Origin: Octopus bimaculoides
Lineage: Eukaryota
DNA: 40,090 nt
Direction of reading: 5' to 3'
NCBI RefSeq assembly: GCF_001194135.2
Contig: NC_069002.1
Location: 24,836,947-24,877,036 of the forward strand
Positions 1-10,857 of this stretch are shown piece by piece (the stretch's first letter is position 1; each line of letters begins with the position of its first letter). The position numbers were made by a program, and so were the translations under genes. The notes beneath the pieces were generated by a model. It had not been told where the DNA came from. It saw only the letters and a list, made by a program, of their open reading frames with translations, and made no database searches.

Positions 1-18
1 ATATATATATATATATAT

Positions 19-177
19 ACGATGGGCTTCTTTCAGTTTCTATCTACCAAATCCACTCACAAGGCTTTAGTCGGCCCGAGGCTATAGTAGCAGACACTTG
101 CACAAGGTGCCACGCAGTGGGATTGAACCGAGAACCATGTGGTTGGTAAGCAAGCTACTTACCACACAGCTACTCCC
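19..177 (-). mobile_element. SINE family B, 5' half (tRNA-like head plus CORE-like segment)
   Basis: Reverse complement matches the head of the full copy at 10858-11269 (GTGGCTGTGTGGTAAG...GGTTC...GTGGCACCTTG.GCAAGTGTC). It ends in the (TA)n linker at 1-19. Confidence 0.85.
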
Positions 178-966
178 TTTCTTCTTTCGAAATTTCTGCA
201 CCGGTGCGAAGTAAATATTTTTTCCTTTGCTTGATGTCTGCAGAAATATCTATAAATTTGTTTGGAAGGGTGATGTATCTATTCTACTTGTTTTTCGGTC
301 GCCATATTGTTAAAAAATACGACAGAATGTCAAACCATAAATGTTGTATTGAATTGACTTTTGCTCCCAAACCTCCAAGCAAATGAATACAATAAATACA
401 TTTGTCCAGCAGTCGTACAAACACATATGTAATCTATAAATTTTCTACGTTAAAAGCCAGCTAGTATATCCTGTCATGCAAATATCAAAATAACACCTCT
501 TGAAAGCGCATGAAACAACAGCAGCAACAAATCGAAGAAGAAATGAAAAAGTTGAGACTGTAATGAATCCAAAATGAAGATATAGTAGGAGGACAACAGC
601 AAATGTCATCATAATAGACATATGGGATTTCCATTTAACGAGAAAAGACAGATCTATGAATCTCTTATTACTGCATGTTATTGCTGCAAAAATATACGTT
701 CACATCATTGATCGGCCGTTGATATATTTGCCTATTGTTGCTACTACTTTTGGTGAAGTCGACGTACGACAGAATCAACCAAAATATCTTTCAATCAAAA
801 TCACACTTGTAATATATATTTGTGATTCTAATAGAATTATCAGCTTTATAGTGAAAACTTGGTACAGTTTCATTTCATTCAACATGTCACAAAATCACAA
901 ACCACAGATCCACGTATGTTACTAAGCTGGACTAAAAATGCAGCCATTTTGTCGAGATCATGATTC

Positions 967-1950
967 GGAGTTGCAAAATCGTTAGCGCGGCACACAAAAT
1001 GCTTAGCAGTATTCCTTCCGGTTCTATGTCATCAACTAGGACTTCACCGCCATCAACTCTACCTTTCATCCCCCCGAGGCCGATTATGTAGAGTACCAGT
1101 TAAATATAGGGGTCAATAATATCGAAGAATCCCTTTCGCTCTTGTAGAACCATTAGCACCTCGCCTGTCGCTACATTCTGAGTTCAAATTCCGCCGAGGT
1201 CGACTTTGCCTTTCATCTTTTCGGAGTCGATAAACTAAGGACTAATGGGGTTGATATAAACAGCTAGTCCCCTCCACCAAAATTTGAGGCCTTGTGCCTT
1301 TAGTAGAAAGTATTAGTTCTTATTATTATCAGTAAAACTGAGGCGGTCAGCTGACATAATGACACGCTGGACAAAATGCTCAGCGATATTTCGTCTGTCT
1401 TTACATTCTGAGTAACCGAGGCCAACTTTGCCTTTTATCTTTTTGGGGTCGATGAAATAAGCACCACTTGAGTACTGGGGTCAATGTAATCGTGTAAACC
1501 CCTCTTCACAAATTTTAGGCTTTGTGCCTAGAGTAGGAAGAACCATTATCGGAAAAATTGTCTTGCGACATTTTTTCTGGCTCTTGGTGTTCTCAGTTTA
1601 TATCTCGCCGAAGTCGATATTTCCTTTTATCATCGTGAGGTAGATAAAGAGAAGCACCAGTCAAACATTGTGGAGGTTGGTATCGGTTGACCCCTCCTCT
1701 CAGAATTATTAGCTTTATGCCCCTGGTCGAATCGTTTGCGCGTCGGCCAAAATTCTTAGCGGCATTTCATCTGGCTTTACGTTCTGAATTCATTCAAATT
1801 CCGCCGAGGCTGATTTTGCCATTCAACCATTCAGGATCAATAAATTACCAATCAATAAAGTACCAATCAAGTACTGAGATTGATGTAATCGACTAACCCA
1901 CTCCAGCCAAAATTTCAGGTCTTGTGCCTGTAGTAAAACGAATAATTATT
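967..1950 (+). mobile_element. Head-to-tail array of about 5 diverged SINE family A copies
   Basis: Copies at about 967-1126, 1160-1330, 1341-1548, 1550-1722 and 1723-1950. Each carries recognisable parts of GTTAGC..AAATGCTTAGC / GAGTTCAAATTCCGCCGAGG / CCTTTCATC / GTCGATAAA..AGTACC / AAATTT..GCCTTGTGCCT..AGTAG, mostly ending in ATT-type tails. Confidence 0.8.
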
Positions 1951-2001
1951 ACTTTGTTCCACAGTGTAGAAGGAAAATGCACCGGAGTATTTAGTCCTCA
2001 C

Positions 2002-2862
2002 TCAAGTCACAACAAGGACCTCCCATAATACTTTCCTATAATATGCCCAATACATAGCGACACTAATCTTGCATGGTATTCCCAACTGCTTTAAGTAGTC
2101 TTGAAGTATCAAAGGGATTAACTTTAATGATCCAATCACAACTGGCATCACTTTTTCATTACCTTCTCGCATTCCAATCAGTCTTACCGTCGTCACTTTC
2201 AATTTGGAGTCATTGATGATTTCTTTAACCATGTTCCTCGTGATATTCACGTCATTTAGTATAGCTACGTCAGTGATTTGATAGTATTTGTCTTCCTTGT
2301 TCAATACGACAAATTCCCGTCAGCATTTCTCAATTACTCCATGAGTCTGAAAATCATAATCCCAGAATATCGTTTCTTTCCCATCCCCCTGCATTACATT
2401 ACTAGACACAAGCCATTACCAATTCTCCATTACATTGTATTCGTATTTACATTAAATTCAATGAAGAAATAGACATATTTCCTCATGGTGGTGCTTGTAT
2501 TCCTTTTGCACAAGGTTCTCACATCCACTTACCAAGTAGTTTGCATTTTCGACATTCTTTACACAAAATCTGCATTTCTGGGTGTCAGAAATTTTGTAGA
2601 TGCTATACTTCAGCGAGTTCGTATAAGAGCTTGGGCATGTGCTGCAAATATAGGGTTTTCAGTAACATGCTTCAAATCACTTTGCTTAAGCCATGTCCAC
2701 AATGTGGTTTTATCCTGGATCTGACAATGCATTCTCTCCTCATCGAACATTTCCTCTGCATTTATACCCATGTCTTCTGTTGTTTATTGCCAAAACTGTT
2801 CGTTACTGTTTACCAAATATTCTGCGAGCATTCTCCTTTCCCTCCTTTTACAATAATCCACA
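2002..2862 (-). mobile_element. Decayed 3' part of an R4/Dong-like non-LTR retrotransposon (post-RT region, CCHC knuckle, REL endonuclease)
   Basis: Minus-strand translation across stops and a frameshift: LAEYLVNSNEQ ... MHCQ..WTWLKQSDLKHVTENPIFAAHAQAL / TN..KCRFCVKNVENANYLVSGCENLVQKEYKHHH ... IFWDYDFQTHGVIEKC*REFVVLNKEDKYYQITDVAI ... VMPVVIGSLKLIPLILQDYLKQLGI. This is the motif order of R4-clade C-termini. Confidence 0.85.
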
Positions 2863-2925
2863 TAGATGAGGCCTATAGCACCATTTTTTCGCTTCGTGTA
2901 CGAGTTGGGAGAAGTCTACTATATC

Positions 2926-3075
2926 CACTCAAGTACTTGACTGGTACTTATTTTATTGACCCTAAAAGGGTGAAAGTATAGTCAATCTTGACGGGATTCG
3001 AACGTAAAGAAAGAGAAGAAATACTGCTGACCATTATTTTCCTGACCTGGTGACGATTCTGCCAGCTCACCGCCT
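2926..3075 (-). mobile_element. SINE family A copy (lacks 3' end)
   Basis: Reverse complement begins AGGCGGTGAGCTGGCAGAATCGT (A-box-like) and includes the central CTTTCACCCTTTTAGGGTCAATAAAATAAGTACCAG block. Confidence 0.8.
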
Positions 3076-3339
3076 ACCAGGCAGTGCACTCGTGGCTTCT
3101 GATCTTAACTGATTGCAAGTGTTATCATGGGTTACAGCAAATATTCTGCTCAATACTACAGATTTGCTTGTCTGTTGTTTGACCTTAACCTGTTGAGCAT
3201 GTCCCTTAGTGGCTGACCATACGTGCATCTCTGATCACAGGCAGAAGTAGGGGGGAGTATCGTAGCCATGTGTTGAGAGGAACTCTTTGGGGTTTGAAAA
3301 ATTCACTTCTGGAAATGCTGGGGTTGATGTAAGGTTTTC

Positions 3340-3484
3340 AGTAACTGGTACTTAACTTATCGACCTCGAAAAGATGAAAGGCAAAATTGACCTCGGCAGA
3401 ATTTGAACTCAAAACGTAAAGACAGACAAAATGCCACTAAGCATTTTGTTTGGCCTGCTAACGATTCTGCCAGCTCACCGCCTT
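3340..3484 (-). mobile_element. SINE family A copy
   Basis: Head AAGGCGGTGAGCTGGCAGAATCGTTAGC, B-box-like GAGTTCAAATTC, and the central block are all present. Confidence 0.85.
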
Positions 3485-3485
3485 A

Positions 3486-3560
<75 letters not shown>

Positions 3561-3574
3561 TTAATAATAACAAT
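3485..3574. repeat. (AAT)n microsatellite
   Basis: About 90 bp of near-perfect AAT repeats. Confidence 0.95.
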
Positions 3575-3873
3575 AAACTATGACGATTTGAAGTGGGAAA
3601 TACGAAGGTTGTGATCAATGAGGAGAGTAGACGAGATACCAATACTAATTGGTGCTCTTGGAAGTATCAGCACTCAACTTCCAACATGGGTGAAAAAGAT
3701 TGGTGCAAGTGTGAAGGTAGAACACCTACAAAAATGAAAACATTGCTTGGAACTGCAAGAATTCTTCGCAGGGTTCTTAAAGCATGGCCAATAAAACATG
3801 TGTCACCTTAGTCTGCTGGTTGTGGACAGCAAACACTTTCCATCATGCCCAGGAAAATAAGCTGTAAGTTTCA
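3575..3873 (+). mobile_element. 5'-truncated R4/Dong-like retrotransposon 3' end (copy 1)
   Basis: Translates as YDDLKWEIRRL*SMRRVDEIPILIGALGSISTQLPTWVKKIGASVKVEHLQK / LLGTARILRRVL, followed by a short 3' UTR and an (ATA)n tail at 3874-3885. Confidence 0.85.
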
Positions 3874-3885
3874 TATAATAATAAT

Positions 3886-4098
3886 CCTTTCTACTGAAGG
3901 CATAAGACCTGAAATTTGAGGTGAAGGGATTAGTTGATTACACTGACCCCAGTACTCAACCAGTACTTAATTTATTGACCCCGAAAGGATGAAAAGCAAA
4001 GTCAACCTTGGCGGAATTTTAACCCAGAAAGTAACGTCGGGCGAAATGCTGCTAGGCATTTCATTCGGCGTATTAACGATGCTACCAGCAAGCCACCT

Positions 4099-4099
<1 letters not shown>
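3886..4099 (-). mobile_element. SINE family A, full length
   Basis: Head at 4099, central block and 3' end ...TTATGCCTTCAGTAGAAAGG. Its (ATT)n tail is the tract at 3874-3885. Confidence 0.9.
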
Positions 4100-4129
<30 letters not shown>

Positions 4130-4204
4130 AAGAAGAAGAAGAAGAAGAAGAAGAAGAAGAAGAAGAAGAAGAAGAAGAAGAAGAAGAAGAAGAAGAAGAA
4201 GAAG
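4100..4204. repeat. (AAG)35 microsatellite
   Basis: Perfect AAG run; it produces the poly-K ORF in the track. Confidence 0.95.
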
Positions 4205-4206
4205 AA

Positions 4207-4565
4207 CTATGTTGGATCATAGATACAGCATGCCCAGCTGACAGCAAGGTATGCGATCAGGAAGAAAGGAAAGTCGATAGATATGATAGGTTATCACGGG
4301 AGGTTAAACAGTTGTGATTACTGAAAAAGGTGGTAGTAGTACTAATAATTGTCGGAGCCCTGGGAATAGTGAGTAAAAATCTTGAGAAGTACATGGAACA
4401 AATAGGGGCTGTAATAAGGGTGGAGCACTTGCAGAAAACAGCACTGCTTTGAACCGCTCGAATTCTCCGGAAGGTGCTCGAAAAATAAGGGGTGCTACCT
4501 TAGTTCACTGGTAGTGAACAGCTGGTACCATATAACATCTCCAGCGTTAGAAGTTGTGAAAAAGC
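4207..4565 (+). mobile_element. 5'-truncated R4/Dong-like retrotransposon 3' end (copy 2, different family)
   Basis: Frame 4207-4488: LCWIIDTACPADSKVCDQEERKVDRYDRLSREVKQL*LLKKVVVVLIIVGALGIVSKNLEKYMEQIGAVIRVEHLQKTALL*TARILRKVLEK*. The two internal stops fall at expected W and G positions. Followed by a 3' UTR and then (AAT)21. Confidence 0.9.

Positions 4566-4628
<63 letters not shown>
4566..4628. repeat. (AAT)21 microsatellite
   Basis: Perfect run lying between two REL-element fragments. Confidence 0.95.
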
Positions 4629-4629
<1 letters not shown>

Positions 4630-5004
4630 CTTTCTAATTGATGTATCAATACCAGCAGATGACAACGTTTCTCTAAAAGAAATGGAAAAACTTTCAAAAT
4701 ACAAAGACCTGGAAATAGAGGTAACTCGAATATTGAATCTAAAAACAGAAACAATTCCTATAATAGTAGGTGCCTTAGGTATAATAAAAAATATTCAGAC
4801 AAATACATAACAAAAATACCAGGACTTACAAATATATATAACATACAGGAAATTGCACTACTGGGTACTGCACACATTCTACGCAAAACACTTTCAGTAA
4901 CCATAAGAGCACCACAGCAAACCACATCACATCCCCAAGGCGCACAGAGCTGCGCTCGGTAGTGAAGTGAAAGCACGTTATAAAAATAAAACTACTGAAC
5001 AATC
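4628..5004 (+). mobile_element. 5'-truncated R4/Dong-like retrotransposon 3' end (copy 3, third family)
   Basis: CFLIDVSIPADDNVSLKEMEKLSKYKDLEIEVTRILNLKTETIPIIVGALGII, a -1 frameshift, then KYSDKYITKIPGLTNIYNIQEIALLGTAHILRKTL. 3' UTR, then (AAT)n at 5005-5021. Confidence 0.9.
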
Positions 5005-5021
5005 ATAATAATAATAATAAT

Positions 5022-5203
5022 CCTTTCTACTATAGGCAGAAGGCCTGAAATTTGGTGGGTGCTGACTTGTCGATGGCATCGACCTCTGTGTTTCACTGGT
5101 TCTTATTTTATCGACCCCGAAAGCATGAAAGGCAACGTCGACCTCAGCAGAATTTGAACTCGGAATGCGAAATGCCGCTAAGCATTTCGTCCAGCGCGCT
5201 AAC
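5022..5203 (-). mobile_element. SINE family A, 5' end replaced by an (AAC)n/(AAT)n tract
   Basis: Central and 3' blocks are intact. The head stops at GTTAGCGCGCTGG, where a compound trinucleotide tract (5201-5275) begins. Confidence 0.85.
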
Positions 5204-5289
5204 AACAACAACAACAACAATAATAATAATCATAATAATTGTAGTAGTAGTAATAATGATGATAATGATAATAATGCACCTGTGCTAAA

Positions 5290-5700
5290 GAGCTGTGATA
5301 CCATACAGTGCTTTGCAGTATTTGATTCCATCTCATTACTTCGAATCCCCTCGAGTTCAATTTTGCGTTTAATCATTTAGAAGTCGATACAATCAGTACC
5401 AGACAAATACTGTTATCGATTTAATCGACAACACGCCTTGCCCAGATTGTTAGCCTTTCACGTATCTTTATTAATCTTTATTATTGTTATTAGATGGACG
5501 GCAAGCGACAGAATTAGTCGAAATATCTGTCAGGAATTTATTACGTGAATTTACATAATGACTTCCAATCCTACCGAAACTAACTTTGATTTGTGTTCCC
5601 TTAGGTGCAATGAAATTACCATCAGTGAAATCCAGGGCCTTATATTATTCAATGTGTCCTCCTACAAATGTTATACCTAAGGTAGAAATAATTATACAAG
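5290..5700 (+). mobile_element. Two strongly decayed SINE family A copies
   Basis: Residual motifs GTCGATACAATCAGTACCAG...ATCGATTTAATCGAC (about 5380-5430) and GGACGGCAAGCGACAGAAT...CCTAAGGTAGAAATAATT (about 5495-5695). Confidence 0.5.
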
Positions 5701-5776
5701 ACAATAGAGTAACAGAAATAGTTAACACCCCAAGATAATATGTGTAGCAGTAGCAGTTTCACAATTCACTGCATAA

Positions 5777-5975
5777 TCATCGTCATTTAACGTCTGTTTT
5801 CCATGCTAGCAGGGGTTGGACAGTTAGACAGAGCTGCATCAGGTTTCATTGTCTGCTTTGGCATGGTTTCTAAGACCGGATGCCCTTCCTAATGCTAACT
5901 ACTTTACAAAGAGTACTGAGCGTGTTTTATGTGGCACCAACACTGGTGCTTTTTACGTTGAACCAGCATTAGCGG
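5777..5975 (-). mobile_element. SINE or LINE 3' end, family D (GAT-type tail)
   Basis: Reverse complement contains GTTAGCATTAGGAAGGGCATCCGG..TAGAAACCATGCCAAA and ends GACGTTAAATGACGATGATT. I recall these motifs from RTE-partnered SINEs, but there is only one copy in the window. Confidence 0.55.
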
Positions 5976-6629
5976 GGTAGCCAACTAACTTGCAAAACAA
6001 GGACCTTCGGCTGGGAAGTCTTCGTTCTGCAATTTCCTCGGCAATCCCGCTGGTATTTGTAAAATCTTTGAGCAATACAGGCAGAGAGTTAATGAAAATA
6101 TGTAAGAGAATGTCACTGGATGAAAGCTATAGATATTGTATTAGCTTCTATAGGTTGTTTAATAACCTAATAATATTTCGGTGTAAATCCACTTTTCAAA
6201 TATAAGTAAATAATCAAAAAGCTCACAGAATTTGTTATTATCGATATACCATCTATTTATGTTAAGGTAATATCTTTATCATTCATTGTTTAACCCCTCA
6301 CTCTCATTGCTCAAAGTTTTACAAACATTTATGTCATTCTTGTATGCATTAATGCTTCGAGCAAATAACAATATTCTTTTTACACCGTATTACATATAAA
6401 AGACACTACTGTGAGTGTAATTTAGTTTACAGAATGTATCCCCTGGGGCATTTTCCCTTAACTTTATTGTCGAATACCGTAGCCAGTATCGCTTTGCGAT
6501 TTTGAGAGAGAATATATTGTTACGCTTTTATCGGGTAATGATTTCGATATTACTTCTTAAGGAAGAGTGGAGTATGGTGTCCTTGCTATTAAATTCCCTG
6601 TTGTGATAGGCAACAGCATGTAGGATATA

Positions 6630-6643
6630 ATGTGTGTCTGTGT

Positions 6644-6726
<83 letters not shown>
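6630..6726. repeat. (TG)n microsatellite
   Basis: Direct observation. Confidence 0.95.
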
Positions 6727-6731
<5 letters not shown>

Positions 6732-7668
6732 GCAGCCACGGGGAATTGAGACACAACAGAGTTCATAGTATGGGAGGCGGGATCAGTGGGAGACTACTGT
6801 CTACGATGCAAATGTGAAGTTAGGCAGGAAGATTCCCAGTATTATAAAATTTCCGACTGAGATTTGAACAGAAATCGTAAAATAGGAAGATTAGATGCTG
6901 TAAAAAAATAGTCAGACAAACAGTCTGCACTTTCTCTTCCAGTTCATGGAACTTGTTTCATCTAAATTGCTAATTAAGTTAACAAGTCTGTTTGAAACAT
7001 AGATCAATGGAGATGTAGCAACATATGCGACTATGTCGGCATTAGTCTCAAGACATATACTTATGTTTTTACTATGGTGGCAAATGTAAGTTAATAGAAA
7101 TCTATTAAATAAAAGATAAAAATGATTTAGACTTTGGAATAAAGTCTTACAATACTATTGTGAAGAGAACGATGATGAATAAATACTTCCGAAGTTCTAC
7201 ATGCATTCAATATATGCGCTGCGGGTGTTTAATGAGCACGAGTATAGGAATAGAAATTAATTACAATAGACGAGAGTGGAATGGCATCAATACTAAATAA
7301 ATGAATTTCATAAAACATGGCGTGAGAAACGATAGCTTAATGAATCTAAACAAGAATTTAGTAAGTTTTACTTACTATTCAGAAGTATAATTTTGATAAG
7401 GACTATAAAGAGAGTACTTATTAGTAAGGCAAAACTTTAGATTACTTTTATGGTATTGATGCTCAAAAACAAAAATTAAACATATTCCTCAGTTAATGAT
7501 GTATTTTCAAAGCTCACGTACATAATGATATATTGGAAGTCTTCAAATTTCTTCGTGTTGTTCCTTTAATAAGTATCGTGTGATACAAAACTGCAAGTGA
7601 TGTCACGAAAAGAATAAGATATCTAAGTATATATGCAGACAGACAGTGTGGGAGAGAAAAGCAGATTT

Positions 7669-7671
7669 ATG

Positions 7672-7711
<40 letters not shown>

Positions 7712-7727
7712 GAGGGGGAGGGGGGGA

Positions 7728-7759
<32 letters not shown>

Positions 7760-7867
7760 AGAGAGAGAGAGAAAGAAAGAGAGAAAGAAAGAAAGAGAGA
7801 GACAAAGAAAGAGAGAGAGAGAGGCGTACGTACATACATGCATACATACATACATACATACATACAT
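7669..7867. repeat. Compound (CAGA)n/(GA)n/(GAAA)n/(TACA)n microsatellite
   Basis: Direct observation; explains several low-complexity ORFs. Confidence 0.95.
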
Positions 7868-8254
7868 AGACAGAGATAGCGAGATTCATGAATCTACAAT
7901 CACCTGCGTATATGCGTTACACATATGCTGTATATGTATGTATGTGCGTGTGTCTGTGTGTGTGTATACAGACACAAAGAAATATGTAGATAGATAGATA
8001 TGTATGTATAAATGTACGTATGTATGTATGTATGTATGTATGTATGTACGTATGATGTATTATTATTCTCTTTGGCGCAGAAAACCAAAAGCTAAATAAT
8101 TTTCTGCTAACCTAAATCATGGTTTACTGAGCACTAATTAGAGGCCAACTATTTTATTCTTCTGCTCACGAACAAACCTTATAGAAAATCGCTATTTAAA
8201 TCAAACACAAGGTTGAATTACAATAATATCTTACAATATATGTACATATGTATG

Positions 8255-8299
<45 letters not shown>

Positions 8300-9518
8300 N
8301 NNNNNNNNNNNNNNNNNNNNNNNNNNNNNNNNNNNNNNNNNNNNNNNNNNNNNNNNNNNNNNNNNNNNNNNNNNNNNNNNNNNNNNNNNNNNNNNNNNNN
8401 NNNNNNNNNNNNNNNNNNNNNNNNNNNNNNNNNNNNNNNNNNNNNNNNNNNNNNNNNNNNNNNNNNNNNNNNNNNNNNNNNNNNNNNNNNNNNNNNNNNN
8501 NNNNNNNNNNNNNNNNNNNNNNNNNNNNNNNNNNNNNNNNNNNNNNNNNNNNNNNNNNNNNNNNNNNNNNNNNNNNNNNNNNNNNNNNNNNNNNNNNNNN
8601 NNNNNNNNNNNNNNNNNNNNNNNNNNNNNNNNNNNNNNNNNNNNNNNNNNNNNNNNNNNNNNNNNNNNNNNNNNNNNNNNNNNNNNNNNNNNNNNNNNNN
8701 NNNNNNNNNNNNNNNNNNNNNNNNNNNNNNNNNNNNNNNNNNNNNNNNNNNNNNNNNNNNNNNNNNNNNNNNNNNNNNNNNNNNNNNNNNNNNNNNNNNN
8801 NNNNATATATATATATATATACATAATATAGAAACCGAAATATAGAAAAGACTGTTCTAAGGACAAGCGAGAAAAAAAGTTTGAATTATACACTTTAATT
8901 GCTTTGACTCCGTTAAACAACTTCCAGACTTTCACACAACTACAAACGGAATACGAACGTATGTTAAAATGGAATTCTTTTTTGAAATGTAATATCTCGT
9001 TGAATTATTAATATCAATGCTGTAGTATTCTTCACTGAGAAGGCCCAAAAGGCTGAATAGTACTTGTGTCGTTAGTGAAGAATAAATCGTTGGAATTAAA
9101 CGCATATGTAGAATTAAGAGAGTGAGAAAATTCACTACCTCATCCTTCGTTAGTTTCTTATTCTGTTCTGCTTTCCTGCCGATTGATCAAGTACCCTTCT
9201 TACCGCACGCTGCGTTTATATTAAGAAAAATAAAACATCCCCAAAAGCACCGATAGAATCCATTACGCTGTTGGCGTTAGTTGCATACGCAAGGAAATTG
9301 CACACTGCTTCATTTCTCTACAATGTTGGATTAACATAGTAAATCATCCAGGACAGACAAGAAATCTGTTATTCTCTAATTTATTTGCTTTAACAATGAA
9401 CATGAAGATTGCATGAACAGGAACAGCGTGTAAGCGGTTGAACTGCCACGTTAAATAATGCATCATACACTGTCTATCCACAAACAAGATGATGCCTTTA
9501 TCAACTAAGAGTATTTAA

Positions 9519-9568
<50 letters not shown>

Positions 9569-9871
9569 AGAATTCACAGAAAAAACAACAGACGAAGACA
9601 GGTGGTTTAGACAACAAACGTATATATATGCATATATATATATAGCCATGTATTCGCATGCACATCAACTCCAGTTGCTAACAGTGAGCTATAAAATAAA
9701 TTCTTTTCAGCTTATCGAACTTCGATGTGGGAAAACTTTACAACCTTCTACGTAAATAAACCACTATTGTTCCTGAACGTTATTTTTTATACCTTTTTCG
9801 GACTGCTCGAAGCTTACTAATCTCCTGGATCCTTATATACCTGTATCCTTGGATCTTACCTTTACATACAA

Positions 9872-10065
9872 TTCTTCCATTACGATAATGATCGGCCTCA
9901 ACAGCGAGGATGAAATACCACAGACTGGAGCATTTTGAATGGGAAACGATGCCCCACCCACCATATTCGCCGGACATTGTCTCGTCTGATTTACAGTTAT
10001 TCTGCAGCCTTCAAAATGAATTGTACAGAAAAATATGAATTCTGTAAACGAGATAAATGCAAATT
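9872..10065 (+). mobile_element. Mariner (Tc1/mariner, D34D) transposase catalytic-domain fragment, frameshifted
   Basis: FHYDNDRP / HRLEHFEWETMPHPPYSPDIVSSDLQLFCSLQNEL matches the mariner HDNARPH and HPPYSPDLAPSD motifs. The Asp codons at 9884-9886 and 9988-9990 are 101 nt apart, which is 34 codons minus one base. Confidence 0.85.
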
Positions 10066-10857
10066 TGCCTCAAAAAGTAACAAACTGAAACAGTTGTAAA
10101 TGTTACTTTAGCTACAATTAAACTATGACCATTTAATACCAAGGATCAACTTCTAATTGTTAATTGTTGCTCCATCTGAATATATTAAACCACGGTTTAC
10201 CATTTAAATTACCAACTACTATTAACCTTAGAGCAAGGGCTATACATAGTTAGGTATAAAACACCAGTAATGTCTACGGATATATTTATCCCTTGCACGG
10301 TTGCATAACCTCTAACTCATAATTTATATATATGTATATATATATATATATATATATNNNNNNNNNNNNNNNNNNNNNNNNNNNNNNNNNNNNNNNNNNN
10401 NNNNNNNNNNNNNNNNNNNNNNNNNNNNNNNNNNNNNNNNNNNNNNNNNNNNNNNNNNNNNNNNNNNNNNNNNNNNNNNNNNNNNNNNNNNNNNNNNNNN
10501 NNNNNNNNNNNNNNNNNNNNNNNNNNNNNNNNNNNNNNNNNNNNNNNNNNNNNNNNNNNNNNNNNNNNNNNNNNNNNNNNNNNNNNNNNNNNNNNNNNNN
10601 NNNNNAGAAGAAGAAGAAGAAGAAGAAGAAGAAGAAGAAGAAGAAGAAGAAGAAGAAGAAGAAGAAGAAGAAGAAGAAGAAGAAGAAGAAGAAGAAGAAG
10701 AAGAAGATTAAAAAATCCAGGCAGATATCAATAAATCTCTGTTTTAAACGAATTTGGTTAATTATATCAAACAATCAGACACCATTAAATGCAAGTAGAA
10801 TAAACCTCCAAAGTAATTCCTCATGATTGACGAGAAGATCCAAATATTATTTAGAAG

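Noticed and set aside
3078-3330. Segment that feels like a common octopus interspersed repeat (also 9564-9620)
   Set aside because: Single copy in the window with no coding signature, so it cannot be supported from this sequence alone.
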